Assembly (NCBI GenBank): GCA_965116875.1
Contig: OZ220733.1
Coordinates: forward strand, 3,584,001-3,648,000
Direction: 5' to 3'
Length of the DNA stretch: 64,000 nt
Source: Candidatus Latescibacterota bacterium
Lineage (GTDB): Bacteria > Latescibacterota > UBA2968 > GCA-2709665
Position numbers and translations under genes: made by a program
The notes under the pieces: generated by a model
Seen by the model: only the letters and a program-made list of their open reading frames with translations
Database searches by the model: none
What the model was told of the DNA's origin: nothing
Shown here: in pieces, positions 1 through 11,860 of the stretch
Layout of the letters: each line of letters opens with the position of its first letter
Numbering within the stretch: position 1 is the first letter of the stretch

Positions 1-1
1 T

Positions 2-667
2 GAACCGGGGGACTATCATCTCATCGCCGAGGTGCGGGACCGTCGGACCCGGTCCATCGGGACGTTCGGGGACACGTTCGCCTTTGCAGCGGAAGATACC
101 TCGCCCGCGATGAGCGATTTGCTGGTGGCAACCGGCATCGAGATGGACGATCCGTTCCCCGAGCGGCGGGACGATCTGAGGGTAGCGTCGAATCCCCTCC
201 ACGCGTTTTATCGCTCGGAGTCCGTGTACGTCTATTTCGAGGTCTACAATCTGACGCGGGATGATTTCGGTCGGACGAAATACGAGATCACCTATGGGAT
301 CGGACAGCCGGAAGAGACGGAGGTGGTTCCCGGGAGATTCGAGGCCGTGGCGCTGGCGGAACCGCCCGGGAAGGTGCGTTTACGGATTGGAGCGGTGAGG
401 GAGGACGGGCCCGTCGAATACCAGGTGAGGTACATTCCTGCCGAACGGGACAGGGTTTCGAGGATGTTTCAGAAGTTCGAAAGTGAGTCGGGAGAAACCG
501 CGGTTACCGTTCGTTACGAAGGAGACCGGGCGGATGATTTCACCTATCTTCAGATCGACCTGGAAAGCGTGCCGTCGGGGGTCCACGCCCTGTCGGTAGA
601 ACTGAAGGACCTGAACAGTGGGGGCAAGGGGGACGAGAGACGCGTGTTGTTCCGCGTGATCGAGTGA
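2..667 (+). CDS. Partial (5'-truncated) protein; C-terminus resembles GWxTD-domain proteins
   Basis: The frame is open from base 2 (EPGDYHLIAEVRD...). The segment VYVYFEVYNLTRDDFGRTKYEITY resembles C-termini of GWxTD proteins, but the GWxTD motif itself is not in the window. Confidence 0.55.
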   Translation, partial: EPGDYHLIAEVRDRRTRSIGTFGDTFAFAAEDTSPAMSDLLVATGIEMDDPFPERRDDLRVASNPLHAFYRSESVYVYFEVYNLTRDDFGRTKYEITYGIGQPEETEVVPGRFEAVALAEPPGKVRLRIGAVREDGPVEYQVRYIPAERDRVSRMFQKFESESGETAVTVRYEGDRADDFTYLQIDLESVPSGVHALSVELKDLNSGGKGDERRVLFRVIE

Positions 668-718
668 ACAGGCAAGACGTGATACGGCAGACGGCAGAGG
701 TCCACCCCTCGCCCGGAG

Positions 719-1516
719 TTATTCCACCCGAATGACGTCGCCGGGCACATTCAGTTGAAACCGGCGATCCGGAACGCCGGAATTGACTTTCCGGCTGATG
801 ACCTGAATCCGGATCCGGTTTCCGCCCTGAACGATCTCCATCCGGCGCGGAAGGGCGATGCCGTTCTGAAGCTGGTATTCGGAGAGGATTCGGCGGGAGA
901 TCAACACACCCTGAGGCGAGAAGACCTGTTCTTCGAGAAGGACCGCCGTGCGGGGATCGAATCGAAGGCGGCGCGTCCACAGCGGTTCGATAATCTCCAC
1001 GACAAGACTGTCGCGGTGGGTCACATATTCGCCGATTCGCGGCAGACTCAGTGGAGAAAGATTGACGAGGCCCAATATCGCCTCTCGCGCGCCGTAGGGC
1101 GTGAGATCCACTCCGGTAACGGTGCGCAGCACGTCCTCCGAAGGTCCCACTATGTGGTGGTTGGTCCTGGCCAGGTATACCGCGAGCGAGTCGCCGCTGG
1201 CAAGCGCGGAGAGTACGCTGCTGAACAGCACCTTCATCTCGATCTTCAGAGCGTCCGGCGACCGGTGGAAGAGGACGACAATGCCGTTCTGTTTGACGCC
1301 GTCAACCCGCATGTTGATTTTGGCGCGTACCTCAAGGTCCTGAAGGCTGTCGGACCTAGAGGAGACGGTGCGCAGCAGGTCGGAGGGGGTGGAAAGGGGT
1401 GCGACTTCCGGTAGACGGGAAAGGGACGCGGCGCATCCCGAAAGCACGAGAAGGAAGAAACAAAGTGCGGGTGTCGACGCGATGGAACGCGTTCCGGACC
1501 TCTGCCGACGTACCAT
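719..1516 (-). CDS. Lipoprotein, DUF4292/LolA-like outer-membrane sorting fold
   Basis: Start taken at ATG 1516, just after the upstream stop. Lipobox LVLSGC; beta-rich body ending NGIALPRRMEI...FQLNVPGD. Confidence 0.6.
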   Translation of the reverse strand: MVRRQRSGTRSIASTPALCFFLLVLSGCAASLSRLPEVAPLSTPSDLLRTVSSRSDSLQDLEVRAKINMRVDGVKQNGIVVLFHRSPDALKIEMKVLFSSVLSALASGDSLAVYLARTNHHIVGPSEDVLRTVTGVDLTPYGAREAILGLVNLSPLSLPRIGEYVTHRDSLVVEIIEPLWTRRLRFDPRTAVLLEEQVFSPQGVLISRRILSEYQLQNGIALPRRMEIVQGGNRIRIQVISRKVNSGVPDRRFQLNVPGDVIRVE

Positions 1517-1517
1517 T

Positions 1518-3428
1518 TCAGGGTCCGCTTGCGTCGTTTGGACGGAACGATTGCAGTTTGCGCCGGATGGATTCGTTGCCGGGAGCCAGATCGGCGGCCC
1601 GCCGCCAGTGTTCGAGGGCTTCGTCGACATTGCCCAGGGCCCGTGCGGCATCGCCGACGTGGTCCAGAATGATCGACAGATTTTCAAGCTGACCGGTTGT
1701 CCGGAACTCCTTTTCGATCGTGTTCAGCCTGCTTTCCTCGGCCTGCAATGCGCGCTTGAGAAATCGCATTGCTTCCCTGTATCGCTGTTGCTGGAAATAG
1801 ACCCAGCCCATGCTGTCCAGGTACGCGCCGTTCTTCGGGTCGCCCTTCAATGCCCGTTCGATATATTCCTCAGCTTCGCCAAGGCGAACGCCTTTTTCCG
1901 CGTACATGTACCCCAGATAGTTCAGTGCCCGGTGGTTATCCGGCGCCCGGGCCAGAAGGCGCTGGAATACGGCGACGGCGCTATCGAACCGCCCTGCGCG
2001 CTCGTAGCCGTGACCCAGGTCGTACAATACGTCCTCCAGGAGTTCGGTGTCGTCTTCGAGCCGGCTCAGAAGGCTTTCGAGTTCCGGAATCGCGGATTCC
2101 CAGTCCTTCTCTACCAGATAGGTGCGGCCAACCGCCAACCGAAAGCGAAGGTCTTCCGGCCGGGCGTTAACGGCCTGGCTGTACACCTCTCTGGCCTGTG
2201 ACGTACGACTGCTCGCCTCGTACGCCCGCCCGAGATTGAACGCGATCCGGGTGTAGAGTTCGGAGTCGGCCGGCGTCTCGCCGAAGAGTCCATTGAGAAT
2301 CCCGATGGCGGGCTCCCAGTCCCGTTGGTTCAGATAGCTGTGGGCAACGCCCAGGCTGTACATCGGATCGGACCTAAGAGATATCGCCTGTCGGAAGAGG
2401 TCTCGTGCCTCGCCGGAGCGATTCGTGTCGAGAAGCAGCGAGGCCTTCCGCCCCAGCAGGTCGTGTCGTTCCGGAAACACGCCGATCAGGCGATCCAAAA
2501 CGGCTTCGGTATGTCCGTATCGGCGCTTCTTCAGTTCGCTTTCGCCATCGGAACGCGGAATGCTCTGCGGGAGGTGAAGTGACAGCCGGTCCAGGAAGAG
2601 CGTGTCCGGTGGCGTTTCCGAAATCAGGTCTGCCAGATGGTCTTCACGATCGTAAATCACAATCAGTTTCTTCCAGAGCGTGAGCGTGGTCTTGTTCAGG
2701 CGGTGCTGAGCGTGCGCCAGGCCGGAGCGGTATATCGTTGCGGCCTCCAGCGTGTCTCCCCCGGCGAGCGTCAGGTCGCCGAGGAGATTCCAGATCGGGA
2801 CCTGTTCCGGGTCGCGATGCAGGATACGGCGATAGATGGCGCCCGCCATGAGGGGCAGATTCAGCCGCTGATAACCGTCGGCGATCAACAGATCGAACCG
2901 GATGTTCGGCGTTGGCACGGACGCGGCCCGGTCCAGGATCCGGAGGACGTCCTGGCGCTGGCGTCTGGCCGTGTAGATCTGGAGAAGGAGGGTATAAGCC
3001 CTGAAATCCGCGGGATTCAGGCGCGTGATGGCCTCGAGCTGAGCCGTTGCCAGCAGGGTATCCCGCTTCCCTTCGACAAGGGTGTCGTACAGCAGCCATC
3101 GATGGGCCGCGGACCGGGGTTCCAACTGCACGGCTTTTCGTGCCGCTTCGTCTGCTTCGGCGAGGCGGTTCAAGGCGATCAGATTGTGAGCGAGCGAATT
3201 GTACAGCGTGGCGGCGGTGGAATCGATGGCAATGGCCGCCTCCAGCGACGCTACGGCTTCTTCGATCTGCCCTGCAATCTTGAACCTCTTGGCGTCGATG
3301 AAATGACCCAGCGCCCGGGAATCCGTCCCGCGGAGTTCGGCCCGGGGAGGATCGACGGCACTTCCGGGCGCGGCGCAACCCGCGAGGCCCGTGAAACCGA
3401 GGAGGATGAGGACTGTGCGTGTTTTCAT
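1518..3428 (-). CDS. Tetratricopeptide-repeat lipoprotein
   Basis: Lipobox GLAGC; many TPR helices; C-terminal ALNYLGYMYAE...AYLDSMGWVYF. Confidence 0.85.
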   Translation of the reverse strand: MKTRTVLILLGFTGLAGCAAPGSAVDPPRAELRGTDSRALGHFIDAKRFKIAGQIEEAVASLEAAIAIDSTAATLYNSLAHNLIALNRLAEADEAARKAVQLEPRSAAHRWLLYDTLVEGKRDTLLATAQLEAITRLNPADFRAYTLLLQIYTARRQRQDVLRILDRAASVPTPNIRFDLLIADGYQRLNLPLMAGAIYRRILHRDPEQVPIWNLLGDLTLAGGDTLEAATIYRSGLAHAQHRLNKTTLTLWKKLIVIYDREDHLADLISETPPDTLFLDRLSLHLPQSIPRSDGESELKKRRYGHTEAVLDRLIGVFPERHDLLGRKASLLLDTNRSGEARDLFRQAISLRSDPMYSLGVAHSYLNQRDWEPAIGILNGLFGETPADSELYTRIAFNLGRAYEASSRTSQAREVYSQAVNARPEDLRFRLAVGRTYLVEKDWESAIPELESLLSRLEDDTELLEDVLYDLGHGYERAGRFDSAVAVFQRLLARAPDNHRALNYLGYMYAEKGVRLGEAEEYIERALKGDPKNGAYLDSMGWVYFQQQRYREAMRFLKRALQAEESRLNTIEKEFRTTGQLENLSIILDHVGDAARALGNVDEALEHWRRAADLAPGNESIRRKLQSFRPNDASGP

Positions 3429-3516
3429 ATTTTACGCGTCGAATCTCCGGCACAATGGACGTTCGACAGGAAGAGCGACCGGATGGAAGGGGATTCAGAC
3501 AGTTTCACGATTCGGA

Positions 3517-4929
3517 TCAGAAAAGGTTGCCCGCCCTTTTCTCGAGCAGCAGCTTGCCGGCCTCGTTTTCGATCGGGATCGGATAGTCCTGCGTAAAGCA
3601 GGCCGTGCAATACTGGAGCGAGGAGTTGGGGGCCACGCCGAGCATGCCGTCGAGTGAGAGATAGCCAAGGCTGTCCACGCCGAGATGTTCTCGGATTTGT
3701 TCCACGGTTTTGGCGCTGGCGATCAGTTCCTTTTCGGTTTGAAAGTCAATTCCGTAAAAGCACGGACCCACAATGGGAGGGCAGCTCACGCGTACGTGGA
3801 CCTGGCGGGCGCCCGCTTCACGCAACATTCGTACCAGGTGTTTGAGGGTGGTGCCCCGCACAATCGAATCTTCCACGACGACCACCCGTTTCCCGCTCAG
3901 AACGCCCCTGACCGGGTTGAATTTGAGGCGGACCTTGGACGATCGACTGTCCTGCCCGGGAGTGATGAACGTGCGCCCGACGTAATGGTTGCGAATCAGG
4001 CCGATTTCGTGTTTGATGCCGGACTGGTTGGCGTAACCCAGCGCCGCGGTATTACTGGAGTCCGGAACGGATATCACGATGTCCGCGGTGGCGGGCTGTT
4101 CCAGGGCGAGTTGTCTGCCGAGCCGCCGCCGGGTCTTGTCCACGTTGTCGCCGAAGATTATGCTGTCGGGCCGTGAAAAATAGATGTACTCGAAAATGCA
4201 GAATGCGTGGCGATCGGCTTCCGACGTCGTATAGGCGCGGAGACCGTGCGAATTGATCGTCACGAGTTCGCCGGGTTCGATGTCGCGAATATAGCGTGCC
4301 GAGATGATGTCGAGCGCGCACGATTCGGAGGCGACGATCCAGGCATCGCCCAGCTGACCCAGGCACAAGGGACGGAATCCGAAGGGATCGCGCGCCGCGA
4401 ACAACTGGTTTTCGGTGGCAAGGACGAGCGAATACGCGCCCTCGATCCGCTGTAAGGCGTCCATAATTCGATCGGCCATCTTCTCTTCTCTGGATCTGGC
4501 GACGAGGTGCAGGATCAGTTCGCTGTCGGTCGTCGTCTGGAAGATGGCGCCGTCGTCCTGCATCCCGTTGCGGAGTTCGGCCGTATTCGTGAGGTTCCCG
4601 TTGTGTGCGACGGCGACGAACGCGTCCCGGCATTCCGCCAGAAAGGGTTGGGCGTTGGTGAGGGTGTCGGATCCGGTGGTGGAGTACCGATTGTGCCCGA
4701 TGGCGAGGTGGCCCGGCAGCCGATCCAGCACGGCGCCGTCGCCGAACACGTCGGCAACCTGGCCCATTTCGGTATGGCGAAACAGGGTTTCGCCGTTACC
4801 GGAAACGATGCCGCTGCTCTCCTCACCCCGGTGCTGCAGGGCGTGCAGGCCCAGCGTGGTCAGTTTCGCCGCATCGCTGTCCCCATAGACGCCGAAGATA
4901 CCGCAAAAGTGTTTCACATTCTGATCCAT
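3517..4929 (-). CDS. purF: Amidophosphoribosyltransferase (propeptide and Fe-S type)
   Basis: CGIFG after a short propeptide; LQHRGEES, GHNRYST, VVVEDSIVRGTT PRPP motif; CIFE, CFYG and CTAC Fe-S ligands. Confidence 0.97.
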   Translation of the reverse strand: MDQNVKHFCGIFGVYGDSDAAKLTTLGLHALQHRGEESSGIVSGNGETLFRHTEMGQVADVFGDGAVLDRLPGHLAIGHNRYSTTGSDTLTNAQPFLAECRDAFVAVAHNGNLTNTAELRNGMQDDGAIFQTTTDSELILHLVARSREEKMADRIMDALQRIEGAYSLVLATENQLFAARDPFGFRPLCLGQLGDAWIVASESCALDIISARYIRDIEPGELVTINSHGLRAYTTSEADRHAFCIFEYIYFSRPDSIIFGDNVDKTRRRLGRQLALEQPATADIVISVPDSSNTAALGYANQSGIKHEIGLIRNHYVGRTFITPGQDSRSSKVRLKFNPVRGVLSGKRVVVVEDSIVRGTTLKHLVRMLREAGARQVHVRVSCPPIVGPCFYGIDFQTEKELIASAKTVEQIREHLGVDSLGYLSLDGMLGVAPNSSLQYCTACFTQDYPIPIENEAGKLLLEKRAGNLF

Positions 4930-4944
4930 CGGCCCTCCTGCCTG

Positions 4945-7110
4945 TCAATACCTGCGTCGCCTGCGTCTTCCGGGTTTATTTCTGCGGTTTCGCCCACGTT
5001 CCGGCCTTGAGCCGCCTTCCTTCAGCAAAAAGTCGAGCCGGCGGAATCTCCTGTCCGCCCGTACGAGCCGGACCACCACCGGGTCGCCCAGACGGAACCG
5101 TCTGCCGGTACGTTTTCCAATCAGGGCGCCTTCGCTTTCATGATGCACGTAGTAGTCGTCGCCGATTGTACTGACCCTGACCAGGCCGTCAACCAGGTAG
5201 TCGGTAAGCTCCGCGAAGAAACCGATGGACCGGACGCCGACGATGACCGCATTGAATTCATCGCCCACGCGTTCTTCCAGAAAGCGGATCTGTTTGACCT
5301 TTACGGACGCCCTTTCCGCCTCCTGAGCCACGCCTTCCCTGCCGGTTACGACGTCGCCCAGCAGCGGAAGTCGTTCCCGGAGCCCGTTCTTTCGTTCTTC
5401 GGTCAGCCCTGCGGCCTCTTTCAGGAGCCGATGGACCAGCAGGTCGGGGTATCGTCGAATGGGGGAGGTGAAGTGGGTGTAGGTGTCGCAGGCGAGTCCG
5501 AAGTGACCGACGTTGTCCGGCGAATAGACGGCTTTCTTCATGGACTGTAACAACCTGGCGTTCAGCACCTGACCGAAGCGCTTTCCTTCCACCGAGGCCA
5601 GGAATTTCTGAATATCGGCAGCGGTGATCCGGTCCCGCCGCGGAAAGCGCATCCCGAAGGCGGCGGCCGTGTCTGCGAATTCCGCGAGCTTTTGCGCGTC
5701 CGGCTTTTCGTGAACGCGGTAGAGGCCCGGCAGATTCCGGTCTCGAAGATGGCGCGCCACGGTCTCATTGGCCAGCAGCATGAATTCCTCGATGATCCGG
5801 TGGCTGTCGAGGCGTTCGCTCTTGCGGATTTCGGTGACGCGGCCCTCGCCGTCCACGACAATGCGCGGTTCGGCTATGTTGAAATCGATGGCGCCCCGCT
5901 TCATTCGCCGGTTGGTGATGTGCCTTCGCAGCGTGTCCATCTTCCGCAGTACGGAGACGTGTGGCGCAGGATCGGCCGACCGGCTTCCATTGAGAAACTG
6001 CTGGGCCTGACGGTAGGACAGCCTTGCCCTGCTTCTGACCACGGAGGGTACGATCCGGGATTCCAGCGGCCGGCCGTTCGCATCCAGGTCGATCAGTACG
6101 CTGACGGCAAGCCGGTCCTTATCGGGAAGCAGGGAGCACAGGTGTCCGGAGAGGCGCTCCGGCAACATGGGAATCACCCGGTCCGCGAGGTAGATGCTGG
6201 TCCCTCGCGCCAGGGCTTCGTGGTCCAGCGGGCTGCCTTCTCTTACGTAATGGCCAACGTCGGCAATGTGTACGCCCAGCCGAAATCCGCCTTCAGGGAT
6301 ATTTTCCAGAGAGACCGCGTCGTCGTGGTCCCGGGCGTTTTCAGGATCGATGGTAACGCAGTGGAGATGACGCAGGTCCAGCCGGTTACGGGTTTCTGCC
6401 TGGGGGATCCGGTCCGGAAACTCGTCTGCGGCCGCAAGTACCTGCGGGGGAAATTCGATGGGCAGGTCGTACTCTTTGACGACGGAAAGGGTGTCGATGC
6501 CCGGGTCGCCGGATTGCCCCAGAACTTCGACGACCTCGCCTTCGGGATTGGCATGTCCGGGGAGCCAGGGCCGGAGCCGGACAACGACAAGCTGGCCGTC
6601 GCGGGCGCCTCCGGCATCTTCGGAGGAAATGTGGAGATCCCGCGGAAATCGGGGATCGTCCGGTTCCACAAAGCTGAAATTGGATCCCGAGCGATAGACC
6701 CCCACGATCGATCTGGCGCCGCGTTCGAGTACACGGTTTACCTCGCCCTCGGGTTTGCCGCCGCGCCTTCGGGATAACCGGACCACGACACGGTCGCCAT
6801 GCAACGCGCCACGCAAGCCTCCGGGTCCGACAAAGACGTCCGGATTCCCGTCTTCCCGGCAGACGAAGCCGAACCCCTCGGGGTTGACGCTGAGAAGACC
6901 CGCTGCAAGCTTGAGACTTTCCGGTGGGCCGAACCGGTTGTTGCGAAGCCGGATGATGGCGCCTTCCCGTTCGAGCTGGACGAGCAGGCGTCGGAATCGC
7001 CGATAATCGCTTTCGGGCACTTTCAATGCCCGGCTCAGCTCACGAGGTTTGAGCGGGCGCCCCGATTCACTTCGGATAAAATCCAGAACGCGGTTGCGGG
7101 TTATGGACAT
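4945..7110 (-). CDS. rnr: Ribonuclease R
   Basis: N-terminal HTH and CSD; TIDPENARDHDDA; HFTSPIRRYPDL; S1 domain; basic tail. Confidence 0.96.
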   Translation of the reverse strand: MSITRNRVLDFIRSESGRPLKPRELSRALKVPESDYRRFRRLLVQLEREGAIIRLRNNRFGPPESLKLAAGLLSVNPEGFGFVCREDGNPDVFVGPGGLRGALHGDRVVVRLSRRRGGKPEGEVNRVLERGARSIVGVYRSGSNFSFVEPDDPRFPRDLHISSEDAGGARDGQLVVVRLRPWLPGHANPEGEVVEVLGQSGDPGIDTLSVVKEYDLPIEFPPQVLAAADEFPDRIPQAETRNRLDLRHLHCVTIDPENARDHDDAVSLENIPEGGFRLGVHIADVGHYVREGSPLDHEALARGTSIYLADRVIPMLPERLSGHLCSLLPDKDRLAVSVLIDLDANGRPLESRIVPSVVRSRARLSYRQAQQFLNGSRSADPAPHVSVLRKMDTLRRHITNRRMKRGAIDFNIAEPRIVVDGEGRVTEIRKSERLDSHRIIEEFMLLANETVARHLRDRNLPGLYRVHEKPDAQKLAEFADTAAAFGMRFPRRDRITAADIQKFLASVEGKRFGQVLNARLLQSMKKAVYSPDNVGHFGLACDTYTHFTSPIRRYPDLLVHRLLKEAAGLTEERKNGLRERLPLLGDVVTGREGVAQEAERASVKVKQIRFLEERVGDEFNAVIVGVRSIGFFAELTDYLVDGLVRVSTIGDDYYVHHESEGALIGKRTGRRFRLGDPVVVRLVRADRRFRRLDFLLKEGGSRPERGRNRRNKPGRRRRRRY

Positions 7111-7383
7111 GGCGTCAATCCATCCCGATCGCGGTAAATTCCCATATTCTCCCGAAACGTCGGCGCCGCCGCTATTTTCTTGATGCGGCGGGGCGATTTC
7201 CGTATTTTTGGGCGGCTGTCCGAGTTCGCGTTAAATATATAAGTTAGTCAGCAGAAAATCAAAAACAAAAGGGGGAAAAAACGGAAATTTCCATCTCAAG
7301 AGAGGAACGCCGCAAAGCAGATCACTCTGATTCATCGTATTTCGCGCCCTGTATCCGATAATCTTCACCAAAGGAGCACCGTT

Positions 7384-7845
7384 ATGAGACGTCTGTATCC
7401 CTTTGTTCTTCTTCCGTTATTTCTGTTGGCTTTCCACGGGTCCGTGTATGCGCATTGCGAAATCCCCTGCGGCATCTATGGCGACCAGGCCCGGTTCGCG
7501 GCTATAGAGGAAAACCTGAAGACCATTGAGAAGTCCATGAACCAGATCAACCTGCTTTCGGCTGAAGCGGGCAAAAACACGAACCAACTCGTTCGGTGGG
7601 TAAACAACAAGGAAATGCACGCGGATCAGATTCGGGATATTGTTGCGCAGTACTTCCTTGCGCAGCGCATCAAGGCGCCTGCGAACGACGATCCGACCGC
7701 CGTAAAGGCGTATTCCGACAAGCTGGCGCTGCTTCATCAGATGATCGTTTCGGCGATGAAATGCAAGCAGACAACCGATACGGCCCATGTGAAGAAGTCG
7801 CGAGAACTGTTACGGTCGTTCGAGACGCTGTACATGAAAAAATGA
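7384..7845 (+). CDS. sodN: Nickel superoxide dismutase with Sec-type signal peptide
   Basis: Nickel hook HCEIPCGIY directly after a hydrophobic leader ending VYA; NQLVRWVNNKE and YFLAQRIK. Confidence 0.92.
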   Translation: MRRLYPFVLLPLFLLAFHGSVYAHCEIPCGIYGDQARFAAIEENLKTIEKSMNQINLLSAEAGKNTNQLVRWVNNKEMHADQIRDIVAQYFLAQRIKAPANDDPTAVKAYSDKLALLHQMIVSAMKCKQTTDTAHVKKSRELLRSFETLYMKK

Positions 7846-7889
7846 AGCGCCGCGGGCCTGTTTTGTCCCGATTCAGCCGGAAACACCAC

Positions 7890-7924
7890 GCCGGGTCTGT
7901 CCATCAAGACCCGGCTGTTTTTTC
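7890..7924 (+). terminator. Intrinsic terminator after sodN
   Basis: GCCGGGTCT-N8-AGACCCGGC followed by a T-rich tract. Confidence 0.7.
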
Positions 7925-7940
7925 AAATGTCAGATTTTGC

Positions 7941-7969
7941 TTGCCATGAATACGCCGGTTTGATATATT
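7941..7969 (+). promoter_or_regulatory. Sigma70-type promoter of groESL
   Basis: TTGCCA-17bp-TATATT with an extended -10 TG, immediately upstream of CIRCE. Confidence 0.7.
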
Positions 7970-7974
7970 GCTTG

Positions 7975-8001
7975 CTGGCACTCAATATGTCAGAGTGCTA
8001 A
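7975..8001 (+). promoter_or_regulatory. CIRCE element (HrcA operator)
   Basis: CTGGCACTC-AATATGTCA-GAGTGCTAA versus consensus TTAGCACTC-N9-GAGTGCTAA, upstream of groES. Confidence 0.93.
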
Positions 8002-8076
8002 CAACGAGCTGTTAACCATTTAAAATCAATACATTCAACGCCGGTCCCGTCTCAACTATTCAAGGAGGTTAGAGAC

Positions 8077-10031
<1,955 letters not shown>

Positions 10032-10191
10032 CAGCCCGTTGAAAAAGTCCATCCGGGCTACGGCCGGCCCTTGCGGTCGAAATACTGCGTTGCGCTCCCT
10101 CGCCGAATCGAAGGATGGGACTCGGTCGCGCGCCTTGTCTTCGTCCACAATGGCTCGGCCTCGCCTGCAGAGCGACTTTATCAACGGACTT
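10032..10191 (+). mobile_element. 160-bp MITE-like element, family A, copy 1
   Basis: Imperfect terminal inverted repeats CAGCCCGTTGAAAAAGT...ACTTTATCAACGGACT. About 9 mismatches (manual alignment) to the inverted copy at 43716-43875. Starts directly after the groEL TAG. Confidence 0.8.
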
Positions 10192-10239
10192 CAAGAGAAG
10201 TGATGCCTCCGTCAGCTGTGAAGGAGGCCGAAGAAAAAG

Positions 10240-10276
10240 AGAAACGCGCCTTTTTTCAAAGGCGCGTTTCTTTTTT
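10240..10276. terminator. Bidirectional intrinsic terminator between groEL and moeZ
   Basis: AGAAACGCGCCTTT/AAAGGCGCGTTTCT stem flanked by A- and T-tracts. Confidence 0.8.
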
Positions 10277-10352
10277 GATTCGCCAGGTGTGTTAACCTTG
10301 ATTCGCGATGATTCGGGGATCCGGATGTCGATTATATACAGAAGAACAGAGG

Positions 10353-10376
10353 CGGATGGACTTTTTCAACGGGCTG
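10353..10376 (-). repeat. Solo left end of MITE family A
   Basis: CGGATGGACTTTTTCAACGGGCTG is the exact reverse complement of the first 24 bp of the element. It abuts the moeZ TAA. Confidence 0.8.
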
Positions 10377-11558
10377 TTAATCGTCCGCGGCTTCCTGCTG
10401 CGTCACGCCGCTGCAGAAGGCGACGTAGTCGATGAGTTCGGTAATCTCGGGATTGTCGCCGCAAACCGGGCAGCCGGGGTCGCGACGGATTTTGAACGTC
10501 CGGAAACTCATCGCCAGCGCATCGTACATGAGCAGCCTGCCGATAAGCGGTTCACCCTGGCCGAGAATCAGTTTGACGACTTCGGTCGCCTGAATTAACC
10601 CCACGGTTCCCGGAAGCACGCCAAGGACTCCCGCGTCGGCGCAGGACGGCGCCAGCTCCGCGGGCGGGGGTTCCGGATAGAGGCACCGGTAGCACGGACC
10701 CTCCAGGTCGCAGGGATAGATGGTCACCTGCCCCTCGAACCGGAAGATGCTTCCGTCTACGATGGGTTTGCGCGCGAATACGCAGGCATCGTTGACCATA
10801 TAGCGCGTGGGAAAGTTGTCACATCCATTCACCACGATGTCGTAGTCCGCGATGATGTCCATCACGTTTTCGGAACTCAGGTACTCAACGTACGGGACCA
10901 CCTTGCATCCCGGATTCAGGTCCTGCAGGGTTTCCCGTGCGGATATGGCCTTCGGCCTGCCCAGGTCGGATGTGCCATGCAGGATCTGGCGCTGAAGATT
11001 CGTGACGTCCACGACGTCCGCGTCCACGATTCCCAGGGTGCCGACACCGGCCGCGGCAAGATAGTAGGCCGCGGGGCTGCCCAGTCCGCCGGCGCCCACC
11101 ATCAGCACCTTTGCATCCAGCAGCTTTCCCTGGCCCTTTTCGCCCACTTCGGGGACCAGGAGATGCCTGGAGTACCGGTGAACTTCGGCCTTGCTGAGCG
11201 CCCGGTCCTGCTGAACCGGCAGACCCGCCTCCACCCACGCGTTGAAACCGCCGTCGATGTAGTGGACGTTTTCATATCCCATATTCTGCAGGTCTCTCGC
11301 GGCCAGCAACCCCTGGCTTTCGTCCCCGTAGACGATGATGGCGGTTGAGCGGTCGTTCGAGAGGGTCTCGATGCGCAGTTCGAGGAATCCCCGGGAGAGG
11401 TTCTCCGCGCCTTCGATATAACCCCCGGCGTAGTCCTCCCGCTCCCGTACGTCCAGCAACAGGACGCCGTCCATCCGCTCCCTGGCTTCTTCCGGCGAGA
11501 TACCCCGGACTTCGCTCCTGACACGCTCCATAAGCGATTCAAATGCCGTGCTCATCAT
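10377..11558 (-). CDS. moeB: MoeB/MoeZ-family sulfur-carrier adenylyltransferase with N-terminal rhodanese domain
   Basis: RYSRHLL, GAGGLGSP, NLQRQILH, CYRC and CPVC zinc motifs, SCADAGVLG. N-terminal LLDVRE...GGFNAW rhodanese fold. Confidence 0.93.
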   Translation of the reverse strand: MMSTAFESLMERVRSEVRGISPEEARERMDGVLLLDVREREDYAGGYIEGAENLSRGFLELRIETLSNDRSTAIIVYGDESQGLLAARDLQNMGYENVHYIDGGFNAWVEAGLPVQQDRALSKAEVHRYSRHLLVPEVGEKGQGKLLDAKVLMVGAGGLGSPAAYYLAAAGVGTLGIVDADVVDVTNLQRQILHGTSDLGRPKAISARETLQDLNPGCKVVPYVEYLSSENVMDIIADYDIVVNGCDNFPTRYMVNDACVFARKPIVDGSIFRFEGQVTIYPCDLEGPCYRCLYPEPPPAELAPSCADAGVLGVLPGTVGLIQATEVVKLILGQGEPLIGRLLMYDALAMSFRTFKIRRDPGCPVCGDNPEITELIDYVAFCSGVTQQEAADD

Positions 11559-11640
11559 GTTCCCCCCGGTGCAAAGTTGCGGTAACCATGTCCTGATAAT
11601 GTATCCAAAACCAGCCTGGAAGGCAAAAGTTTATGCGCAA

Positions 11641-11860
11641 GGAAAAAGGAAGAAGGTAGAAGGATGAAGAGCGGGGAGACGGAAGAGGTGAGACGGCAGA
11701 AGAAATCCTTGCCAGATCAGAACTTCCTCTATGCCTTTGGCACGAGAAGAATCGTCAAAAGGCAGGGCAATCCCTCCCTTCTCCCGTCTCGCCTCTCACC
11801 CGGTGGTGAGGTGTGGTGTGTTCCTCTACCGGCTCCCGTCTCACGTCTTCCCGGTTTCTC
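11641..11860. repeat. Composite repeat copy 1: purine heptamers, octamers and ~100-bp core (11701-11800)
   Basis: GGAAAAA|GGAAGAA|GGTAGAA|GGATGAA, then GGGAGACG-type octamers with complementary CTCCCGTC downstream. The core is about 80% identical to 13990-14088. Confidence 0.7.

Noticed and set aside
10071-10435. Small ORFs sharing the peptide MGLGRAPCLRPQWLGLACRAT with the dapA ORF extension (43690-43792)
   Set aside because: Both are translations of MITE family A, not a protein family.
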